Part shown: positions 18,520-26,188 of the stretch, one piece after another | How the letters are laid out: every line of letters begins with the position of its first letter | Position numbering within the stretch: the first letter of the stretch is position 1 | Source: Candidatus Caccalectryoclostridium excrementigallinarum | Lineage (GTDB): Bacteria > Bacillota > Clostridia > Christensenellales > UBA3700 | DNA length: 64,000 nt | Reading direction: 5' to 3' | Assembly (NCBI GenBank): GCA_018714485.1 | Contig: DVNJ01000024.1 | Coordinates: 15,806-79,805, forward strand | Notes under the pieces: model-generated | What the model saw: the letters and a program-made list of their open reading frames with translations, nothing else | What the model was told of the DNA's origin: nothing | Databases searched by the model: none | Program-made: the position numbers and the translations under genes

Positions 18520-19647
18520 ATGGACCTTATGCAGATTTCAGGGCAATTCTCCGTTTCGGGGGATTGCCTTGAGGTGAAACCGTTCGGTAACGGACACATC
18601 AACGACACATACGCCGTCACTTGCGCAAGCGAGGGCGGCGTACGCAGGTATATCCTGCAAAAACTCAATTCGCGCGTATTTCCCCATCCGACCGCGCTGA
18701 TGAACAATTTCGCCGCGGTCACGGCTTATCTGCGCCCCATCATCAAGAAAGAGGGCGGCGATCCCGACAGGGAATGCCTGAAAGTGATCCCCACCGTTCA
18801 AGGTGCGGCGTATTATGTGGACGGCGAAGGGGAAGTTTGGCGCATGACTCAGCTCATCGAGAACACGGACGCCTATCTCGTCGCCGAGAGCAGCGCCATG
18901 TTCGAGGACGCGGGCAGGGCGTTCGGGCTTTTCATAAAGAGGCTCGAGGGCTTCGACGCCGCCTCGCTCATCGAAGTCATTCCCGATTTTCATAACACGG
19001 TCAAGAGATACGAAAACTTGGAAAAAGCCGTCGCCGCCGACAAGGCGGGCAGGGCGTCGGGCGTCAAAGATCTCATTGATTTCGCGCGCGCCCGCAAGGA
19101 TAAGACGGGCGTCATCGTGAGTGCGCTCAAAGAAGGGAGCATCCCGCTGCGCGTCACCCACAACGACACCAAGCTCAACAACGTCCTCATCGACACCGCC
19201 ACGCAAAAAGCCATCTGCGTCATCGACCTCGACACGGTCATGCCCGGAAGCCTTCTTTACGACTTCGGCGACGCGATCAGGGTGGGCTGCTCGACGGCGG
19301 AAGAGGATGAGAAAGATCTGAGCAAGGTCAACTTCGACAGGGAAAAATTCGTCGCCTTCACGCGCGGGTTCATGCGCGGCTTGGGCGATAATCTTACGAT
19401 AAACGAAGAAAAGCTCCTGCCCACGGGAGCGATACTCATGACGTTTGAATGCGGAATGAGGTTCCTCACCGATTATCTCGAGGGCGACGTCTATTTCAAG
19501 ACGGCTTACCCCGAGCATAATCTGGTCAGGTGCCGCACGCAGTTCAAGCTCGTGGAAGAGATGGAAAAGTCGCTCGACTTCATGCAAAAAACCGTCGACG
19601 ACATCTATTTCGACATTTTGAAAGGAAATAAGCAGAAGGAGGCGTAA
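18520..19647 (+). CDS. nahK: N-acetylhexosamine 1-kinase (NahK/LnpB-like, APH fold)
   Basis: Long stretches match my recollection of Bifidobacterium NahK: GSIPLRVTHNDTKLNNVLID, DLDTVMPGSLLYDFGDAIR, EDEKDLSKV, ECGMRFLTDYLEGDVYFKTAYPEHNLVRCRTQFKLVEEME. Confidence 0.85.
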   Translation: MDLMQISGQFSVSGDCLEVKPFGNGHINDTYAVTCASEGGVRRYILQKLNSRVFPHPTALMNNFAAVTAYLRPIIKKEGGDPDRECLKVIPTVQGAAYYVDGEGEVWRMTQLIENTDAYLVAESSAMFEDAGRAFGLFIKRLEGFDAASLIEVIPDFHNTVKRYENLEKAVAADKAGRASGVKDLIDFARARKDKTGVIVSALKEGSIPLRVTHNDTKLNNVLIDTATQKAICVIDLDTVMPGSLLYDFGDAIRVGCSTAEEDEKDLSKVNFDREKFVAFTRGFMRGLGDNLTINEEKLLPTGAILMTFECGMRFLTDYLEGDVYFKTAYPEHNLVRCRTQFKLVEEMEKSLDFMQKTVDDIYFDILKGNKQKEA

Positions 19648-19648
19648 A

Positions 19649-20662
19649 ATGAGCGTTTTGGTAACGGGCGGCGCCGGTTATATCGGCAGCCATACGGTGA
19701 TCGACCTGGTGGAGAACGGCTACGATCCCGTCATTGCGGACAACTTGTGCAACAGCAAATTCGAGGCGGTCAGGCGCGTGCGCGAACTTTGCGGCAAGGA
19801 CGTGAAGTTCTATGAGTACGATCTTTGCGACATCGAAAAGGTGCGCGAGATCTTCGCCAAGGAAAAGATAGACTGCGTGATACATTTCGCGGGGCTGAAA
19901 GCGGTGGGCGAATCGTGCGCCAAGCCGCTGGAATATTACAGAAACAACCTCATCAACACGCTGAACATTTTGCAGGTGATGAAGGAGACGGGCTGCAAAA
20001 ACATCGTCTTCTCCTCGTCCGCGACCGTCTACGGTCAGCCCAAGAGCGTGCCGATCAAGGAGGATTTCCCGCTTTCGGTGACCAATCCTTACGGGCACAC
20101 CAAGCTCATGATCGAAGATATGCTGCGCTATATCTTCAAGGCGGACGCGAGCCTGAATATCGCGCTTTTGCGCTATTTCAATCCCATCGGCGCGCATAAG
20201 AGCGGCAAGATAGGCGAAGATCCCCACGGGATCCCCAACAATCTCATGCCTTACATAACGCAGGTGGCGATCGGTAAGCTCAAGCAGCTGAGTGTTTTCG
20301 GCAACGATTATCCCACTCACGACGGAACGGGCGTGAGGGATTATATCCACGTTCTCGATCTGGCGCACGCGCATTCGCTGGCGGTCAAGAAGCTCGAGAG
20401 CGCGCCCGGGCTGGTGACTTACAATCTCGGCACGGGTCACGGTTACAGCGTGCTCGACATCGTCAAGGCGTTCGAAAAGGCGAGCGGCAGAAAGATCCCC
20501 TATGTGATCGCTCCCCGCAGGGCGGGCGACATAGCCGAATGCTATGCCGATCCTTCTCTGGCGGAAAAGGAGATGGGCTTCAAGTGCAAATACGGGCTTG
20601 AAGACATGTGCGAAGACAGCTGGCGCTGGCAGAGCAACAATCCGAGCGGTTACGGAGACTGA
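19649..20662 (+). CDS. galE: UDP-glucose (or UDP-HexNAc) 4-epimerase
   Basis: VLVTGGAGYIGSH Rossmann motif, YGHTK (YxxxK), 337 aa. Starts 1 nt after the nahK stop. Confidence 0.95.
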   Translation: MSVLVTGGAGYIGSHTVIDLVENGYDPVIADNLCNSKFEAVRRVRELCGKDVKFYEYDLCDIEKVREIFAKEKIDCVIHFAGLKAVGESCAKPLEYYRNNLINTLNILQVMKETGCKNIVFSSSATVYGQPKSVPIKEDFPLSVTNPYGHTKLMIEDMLRYIFKADASLNIALLRYFNPIGAHKSGKIGEDPHGIPNNLMPYITQVAIGKLKQLSVFGNDYPTHDGTGVRDYIHVLDLAHAHSLAVKKLESAPGLVTYNLGTGHGYSVLDIVKAFEKASGRKIPYVIAPRRAGDIAECYADPSLAEKEMGFKCKYGLEDMCEDSWRWQSNNPSGYGD

Positions 20663-20663
20663 G

Positions 20664-22094
20664 ATGAGCGCCGCCGCGCTTTGGCGCAGGACGAGAGAAG
20701 TCATCGACGACTTCGTGCATTCGCGCCTTTACATAGCCTTTATTGCCGTTGTGGCATATGTGCTCTGGACGGGCGAAAATTTGCTTGCGGCGATGGCGGT
20801 ACTTTCCGTGATCGCGGGAATAATACTCATTGCCGTGCGCGACACGGTGCCCTTGGTGCCCTTTGTGGTCATGGCGCCCTGCGTCGTGCATATCAGCGAA
20901 ATGCCCGCCGAACTTTGGCAGTTCGCGCTGGCGATAATCCCTGTCTTGGCGGGGATAGTGATACATGTGGCGTGCTATCGCCGCAACAAGATAGACAGGG
21001 GCGCGATCAACCTGCTGCCCATGGCGGCGTTCATTCTCGCGCTGCTTGTGAGCGGAGCTTTTTCCTCCGCGCCGCAAGACGACATGATGGGCTTTGTCAA
21101 CGTCCTTTATGTGGGCGTTCTGCCCTTTATACTCTATCTGTTCGTCAGGCTTTACGGCGAGGAAAAATGCCGCTACGGCGACTATCTGGCGGCGACTATG
21201 GTGATCTGGGGAATGCTCACGGCGGCGCAGGCGTTCACGGTCTTCGCGGGCGCGCTCGCCGAGGGGGTGGACATCGGCTCTAACAGCTATGTTCCCCGCT
21301 TGGGCTGGGGCAACAGCAACGTCTATCCCACCGTGCTGATGATGTGCATGCCCTTTAATTTTTACTATATGCGCAAAAACGCCAAATGGCTTTTGCCTGC
21401 GATCGTGCTTACCGCTGCGGAATTTGTCTGCACGCTCTATGCGCATTCGCGCGGCGCGATGATATTCACCATTCTCGTGCTCATCGCCTGCGTGATCGCC
21501 GTGACCGTCTATAACAGGAAAAATCCGCTCTATTGGGCGGTTTTTGCGGCGGCGGCGCTCGGCTTAGTTGTGACGCTCACCTTCTTTTGGGACAGGATCG
21601 TCGAGGTCTTGGGCAACACGTTTTCGGACAAGATGCAATCCTCGGGCAGGGACTATCTCTATATCGAGGCGGTGGACAGGTTTTTCGAAAATCCGCTCTT
21701 CGGCGCGGGAATGGGCTATTTGGGCTTTGTGAACAAGCTGCATATCGAGTCGGGCTTTTATCAGCTTCACTCGACTGTCTTTCAGACGATCGGCACGATG
21801 GGCTTGGTCGGGATCGCGGCGATGCTCTGGCTTTATGTCGCCAGGTATTACACCGTGTTTTCCCGTCTTACGCCGCTGAACGTGTTCTTCTTCGTCGCCA
21901 TGATCGGTTTTGAAGGCTATTCGCTCGTGAATACGAGCACGTTTACCGGGCTGCCCTGCCTGACGGTGATATATATGTTTCTCGCCGTCATGGAGCTGGA
22001 CAGGTCGGCGCAAAAGGGGTGTATTTTGCTTGGCCGCACGTTGAAGGAGCTTGCGGCTTGCGGGGGTGGACGATGGAAGAAGAAAAGAGCGTAA
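20664..22094 (+). CDS. O-antigen ligase / Wzy_C-domain polytopic membrane protein
   Basis: About 12 TM segments. AHSRGAMIFTILVL and NPLFGAGMGYLGF loop motifs are typical of the Wzy_C family (WaaL, Wzy, PglL/PilO/WsaB). ATG 20664 lies 1 nt after the galE stop. Confidence 0.8.
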   Translation: MSAAALWRRTREVIDDFVHSRLYIAFIAVVAYVLWTGENLLAAMAVLSVIAGIILIAVRDTVPLVPFVVMAPCVVHISEMPAELWQFALAIIPVLAGIVIHVACYRRNKIDRGAINLLPMAAFILALLVSGAFSSAPQDDMMGFVNVLYVGVLPFILYLFVRLYGEEKCRYGDYLAATMVIWGMLTAAQAFTVFAGALAEGVDIGSNSYVPRLGWGNSNVYPTVLMMCMPFNFYYMRKNAKWLLPAIVLTAAEFVCTLYAHSRGAMIFTILVLIACVIAVTVYNRKNPLYWAVFAAAALGLVVTLTFFWDRIVEVLGNTFSDKMQSSGRDYLYIEAVDRFFENPLFGAGMGYLGFVNKLHIESGFYQLHSTVFQTIGTMGLVGIAAMLWLYVARYYTVFSRLTPLNVFFFVAMIGFEGYSLVNTSTFTGLPCLTVIYMFLAVMELDRSAQKGCILLGRTLKELAACGGGRWKKKRA

Positions 22095-23326
22095 AATACG
22101 ACGCAAGAAAGCTCACGCTCGAAGTTTTCCGGCATTGGCAGGCGCTGATAGTGATCGCGCTCGTGGTCGCCGTGATCTTTTGCGTCGTGTGCATAACCGA
22201 GCAGACGGAGATGGGCTTCGAGGCGAAAGAGGGATTTTCGATCTCTTATCCGCCTTTGAGTCTGCCGGAGGGAATGGAAGAGGCGAACGCGCAGGAGATA
22301 CTCAACTTTATGCTCGCCGAGCAGCAAAGAGCAGTCGCGCGCGCCGTGGACACTCTCGCCAACACGGCCTATATCGAGCTTTATAACGCCATAGAAAAGG
22401 CGGGGCTCGAAAACAAATACCGCATGGAGACGCTCAAAGAAAACGTCTCGGTGGCGCTCTCCAACAGCAACACCACGCTCACCGTGATGGTCGTGGCGTC
22501 GAGCGCGGCGGACGCCGTGTTCATGCTCGACAACGTGGAGACGCAGGTGAAAGCGGCGATAGGCAGCGGCGAAACGCAGGGGTATTCGGTCACGCTGAAT
22601 TATAAGAACGGCAAGGACGACCTCAACAAGATGTATACGCTCGAAGACGAGGGCGCGCTCGGGGTGATCGTCATCGTCGTCGAAGGGCTGGTGATAGGCT
22701 TTGTCGCGGCGGTGATAATACTGCTCATCTATAACGCCGCGTTTTTGCGCGTGACCTATCCCGAGGACATAAGCGTGCAGACGGATTATCCCGTGCTCGC
22801 CACGGTTTTCGAGGGCGAGGCGGGCGCGATAGGCGAGGCGTGCATAAAGAGCGCGATGGTGCGCGGAAAAGAGAAAAAGACGACTTACGTCTTAGGCGTG
22901 AGCAAGAAGGCGGGCGACGTGGCTTCCGCCTGGGCGGCGAAAGAGAGAAGTTCGCAAAAGACGCTCTATGTCGATTTCGACGACGCGGTGAGCGCGGGTC
23001 TCGTCAGGCTGATCGCGGACGGGGACGCTAAGATCGAAAGCGACACTCTTGCCGCGGGCGGCGCGGACGTCTACGGCGAGAGGGAAAGCATCGCCGCGGC
23101 GATAGAAAAAGCAAAAAAGCATTACGATAGGGTGATAATAAGCGGTTTTACCGCCGACGACGCACGCAGCGAGCTTATCGCGGCGCTTGCGGACGACACG
23201 GCGCTTGTCGTTGACGAGGGTTATCCCGTCAAAAAGCTGATAGCGCTCGAAGAAAAATACAAAGGAGAGATGCGCAATATCGAGGGGGTCGTGCTGCGCA
23301 GAAGAGGTGTCCGCAAAAGTAGGTAA
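22073..23326 (+). CDS. Wzz/PCP-like chain-length determinant fused to a degenerate BY-kinase-like domain
   Basis: Two TM helices (ALIVIALVVAVIFCVV and GVIVIVVEGLVIGFVAAVIILLIY) bracket an extracytoplasmic coiled region. The C-terminal domain has GVSKKAGDVAS in place of Walker A GxxxxGK[ST] and YDRVIISGF in place of the hhhhD Walker B. Confidence 0.6.
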   Translation: MEEEKSVKYDARKLTLEVFRHWQALIVIALVVAVIFCVVCITEQTEMGFEAKEGFSISYPPLSLPEGMEEANAQEILNFMLAEQQRAVARAVDTLANTAYIELYNAIEKAGLENKYRMETLKENVSVALSNSNTTLTVMVVASSAADAVFMLDNVETQVKAAIGSGETQGYSVTLNYKNGKDDLNKMYTLEDEGALGVIVIVVEGLVIGFVAAVIILLIYNAAFLRVTYPEDISVQTDYPVLATVFEGEAGAIGEACIKSAMVRGKEKKTTYVLGVSKKAGDVASAWAAKERSSQKTLYVDFDDAVSAGLVRLIADGDAKIESDTLAAGGADVYGERESIAAAIEKAKKHYDRVIISGFTADDARSELIAALADDTALVVDEGYPVKKLIALEEKYKGEMRNIEGVVLRRRGVRKSR

Positions 23327-23344
23327 AATGCGGACAGGAGAGCA

Positions 23345-25498
23345 ATGGGCAGAAAACAGAAGATAGATCTCAAGTCTTTTTCCATGCGTACGCTGCGCGA
23401 GTGGGTACTCGCGGCGGCGGACATGCTGATGGTCGCGGCGGTCTTTTTCGCCACGGCGGTCTTGACGCAGACTTACGTCATCGACGCTCACGGCAGCGAA
23501 TACGTGCTTTCGATCTTGGTGAGCACGCCGATAGTCGTTGTCTGCTTTTTTGTCAGCTTCGTGCTCTTTAAGGTCTCAAAAGTCGTCTGGCGCTTTGCGC
23601 GCGTGAAAGAATATATACGCATAGTCGGCGCCTGCCTCGTGGGAACGCTGCTCTTTGCCGGCGTGGATCAGCTCGCTCATTTCGTGTCTTCGAAGGACTT
23701 TGTCGTGGGCGACGTCTACCGCGGCTATCCCGTCTATATCGTCATGGCGTTTTCCACGACCATGAGCGTGACGCTCATGCATCTTATCTATGAGATGCTC
23801 TATTCCTATTGGTCGCCGCGTATCAAGATGAGCGAGAGAAAGCGCACCATGATAGTGGGCGCGGGCAGCACGGGCAGCACGGTCGTGGAGGAGCTGAGCC
23901 GCAAGAACAGCATCTATATCCCCGTCTGCCTTGTGGACGACGACATGGAAAAGCAGGGCAGGACGATCGACAACGTGCCCATCGTCGGCTCGACGCAGGA
24001 GATACCGCGCCTTGTCACCAAATATTCCATCTCGACGATAATCTTCGCCATTCCTTCCATCAGCGCGCAGGCGCGCAAGAGCATGCTCGCCACCTGCATG
24101 AGCACGGGCTGCCAGGTCAAGGTCTTGCCCTATATCAGCGAACTTGTGGGGACTTCGGACATGGTCAGCCAGATCAGGGACATCAACATCGCCGACCTTT
24201 TGGGACGCCCGCAGATAACTTTCGTGGACAAGGGCGTGTCTTCTTATATCGAAAACAAGGTCTGCATGATCACGGGCGGCGGCGGTTCGATCGGCTCCGA
24301 GCTCGTCAGGCAGATAGTCAAATATCATCCCGAAAAAGTCGTCATCGTGGACGTTTACGAGAACTCCGCCTATGAGATACAGCAGGAGATCTTGCGCACT
24401 TACGGCGCGGATTATCCCATTCGCGTGGAGATAGCCTCGATCACCGACCGCGACAAGATGGACGAACTTTTCACCGAACATATGCCCAAGATAGTCTTCC
24501 ATGCCGCGGCGCATAAGCATGTGCCCTTGATGGAGACCAACCCCGAAGAGGCTTGCAAGAACAACATCTTCGGCACGCTCAACGTGGCGCAGATGGCGGA
24601 TAAGCACGGCGTGGAGAAGTTCGTCATGATCTCCACGGACAAAGCCGTCAACCCCACCAACGTCATGGGCGCGACCAAGCGCTGCTGCGAGGAGATAGTG
24701 CAGATGATGGCGCAGTCGGGGAGCAAGACGGAGTTTGCCGCGGTCAGGTTCGGCAACGTGCTCGGCTCCAACGGCTCGGTGATCCCGCTCTTCAAAGAGC
24801 AGATCAAAAACGGCGGTCCCGTCACCGTGACCCACCCCGACATAATCAGATATTTTATGACCATTCCCGAGGCGGTCAGCCTGGTCTTGCAGGCGGGGAC
24901 GTTCGCCAAGGGCGGCGAGATCTTCGTGCTCAATATGGGCGAGCCGGTCAAGATACTCACCTTGGCGGAAAACCTCATCACAATGATGGGATATACGCCT
25001 TATAAGGACATCGAGATCAAATTCACGGGACTGCGCCCGGGCGAAAAACTTTTCGAAGAGCTGTTGATGAAGGAAGAAGGGCTGCAAAAGACGCCCAACG
25101 AGAAGATCTTCATCGGAAAACAAGTGAAGATAGACCGCGCCTGGCTTCTCGAACAGTTGGAAAAAATGCGCGCGATCTGCGCCACCAACGACAAGGAAGC
25201 GGTCGTGGAGCAGCTCAAAGTGCTCGTGCCCACCTTTAACCACGACAAGTCTTATCTGCGCGCGATCGGCGGCAGTCAAAAGGTCGTGACCTCGGGCGAG
25301 AGCGCGGGGACAGGCGTGATCGGGAGCAAGCCCGCCCCCGAGAGCGAGAGCGGCGAAAAGGTCAAAGTCAAAAAGAGCAGCGGCGGCGAAAAAGCCGAGG
25401 CAGGGGCGAAAAAACCCGCGCCTGAAAAGAAAAAAGCGGCGAAAGCGGGCGAGAAAAAGGCGTCCGCGAAAAAGGCAGCCAAAGAGGAGAAAAAGTGA
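23345..25498 (+). CDS. capD: membrane-bound CapD/PglF/WbpM-type UDP-HexNAc 4,6-dehydratase with Lys/Ala-rich C-terminal tail
   Basis: Four N-terminal TM helices; MIVGAGSTGS and ITGGGGSIGSEL double Rossmann motifs; an SDR core (MISTDKAVNPTNVMGATKR). Tail is KKSSGGEKAEAGAKKPAPEKKKAAKAGEKKASAKKAAKEEKK. Confidence 0.9.
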   Translation: MGRKQKIDLKSFSMRTLREWVLAAADMLMVAAVFFATAVLTQTYVIDAHGSEYVLSILVSTPIVVVCFFVSFVLFKVSKVVWRFARVKEYIRIVGACLVGTLLFAGVDQLAHFVSSKDFVVGDVYRGYPVYIVMAFSTTMSVTLMHLIYEMLYSYWSPRIKMSERKRTMIVGAGSTGSTVVEELSRKNSIYIPVCLVDDDMEKQGRTIDNVPIVGSTQEIPRLVTKYSISTIIFAIPSISAQARKSMLATCMSTGCQVKVLPYISELVGTSDMVSQIRDINIADLLGRPQITFVDKGVSSYIENKVCMITGGGGSIGSELVRQIVKYHPEKVVIVDVYENSAYEIQQEILRTYGADYPIRVEIASITDRDKMDELFTEHMPKIVFHAAAHKHVPLMETNPEEACKNNIFGTLNVAQMADKHGVEKFVMISTDKAVNPTNVMGATKRCCEEIVQMMAQSGSKTEFAAVRFGNVLGSNGSVIPLFKEQIKNGGPVTVTHPDIIRYFMTIPEAVSLVLQAGTFAKGGEIFVLNMGEPVKILTLAENLITMMGYTPYKDIEIKFTGLRPGEKLFEELLMKEEGLQKTPNEKIFIGKQVKIDRAWLLEQLEKMRAICATNDKEAVVEQLKVLVPTFNHDKSYLRAIGGSQKVVTSGESAGTGVIGSKPAPESESGEKVKVKKSSGGEKAEAGAKKPAPEKKKAAKAGEKKASAKKAAKEEKK

Positions 25499-25995
25499 AA
25501 TATTGCTTTTTTGCCAACGACGGCGGCGCCGCCGACAGGAAAACCACGCTCGAAATAACTTGCGAAGAGGGCGGACTGCGCCTCAAATATTGCGCGGAAG
25601 ACAGCTGTTTTTATTCCCCGTTTTCCAAGGATAACGAGCCTTTATACGACGGCTGCGCCGTGGAGATCTTTTTGGCGGAAGACGGCGACGCGAACGCTTA
25701 TACCGAATATGAATTTTCCCCTTACGGCTTGCGCTGGAAGGGCAGGATAACGCATAAAAACGGAAAGAGAGAGGGCGTGCTGCTCGACACGGGCGACGTG
25801 GAATGCTTAGCGGTGCGCACGGAAAAAGATTATTTTGTCGAGGCGTTCATCCCCACGCCTTACCGCCGCGGCGTAACGCGCTTCAACGCCTTTCGGATCG
25901 AGCGCGAGGGCGCGGACAAGCCCTATTTGCTCTATGCCGTCTTTCCCACCTTGTGCGAAACCTTCCATGTGCCCGAAAAAATGGGCTTACTTTGA
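25495..25995 (+). CDS. CBM9-like/DOMON-like carbohydrate-binding-fold protein, no signal peptide
   Basis: GTG start overlaps the capD stop (GTGA) with GAGGAG 5 nt upstream. AVEIFLAEDGDANAYTEYEFSPYG resembles the CBM9_2 core. Resemblance only. Confidence 0.5.
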   Translation: MKYCFFANDGGAADRKTTLEITCEEGGLRLKYCAEDSCFYSPFSKDNEPLYDGCAVEIFLAEDGDANAYTEYEFSPYGLRWKGRITHKNGKREGVLLDTGDVECLAVRTEKDYFVEAFIPTPYRRGVTRFNAFRIEREGADKPYLLYAVFPTLCETFHVPEKMGLL

Positions 25996-25999
25996 AAAC

Positions 26000-26020
26000 G
26001 CGGCGAAAGCCGCTTTTTTA
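26000..26020 (+). terminator. intrinsic terminator ending the operon
   Basis: gcggc-gaaa-gccgc followed by TTTTTT. Confidence 0.7.
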
Positions 26021-26090
26021 ATGCGCGCGGGTTTTACGCATAATTTACGCCCGAATTTTCAGACGGTATGAAGCCGAGGCGTAAAAACGT

Positions 26091-26119
26091 TTGCTTTATA
26101 TATTTTTATATATTATAAT
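26091..26119 (+). promoter_or_regulatory. sigma-70 promoter for the lipoprotein-metG operon
   Basis: TTGCTT (26091-26096), a 17-nt spacer, then TATAAT (26114-26119). A leader hairpin gtcgggc/gcccgac follows at 26134-26152. Confidence 0.7.
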
Positions 26120-26188
26120 ATTATGTACCAAAGTCGGGCAGTGCGCCCGACAAGGGCGGAAAAACCGACAAAAAATGAGGAGTCATAT

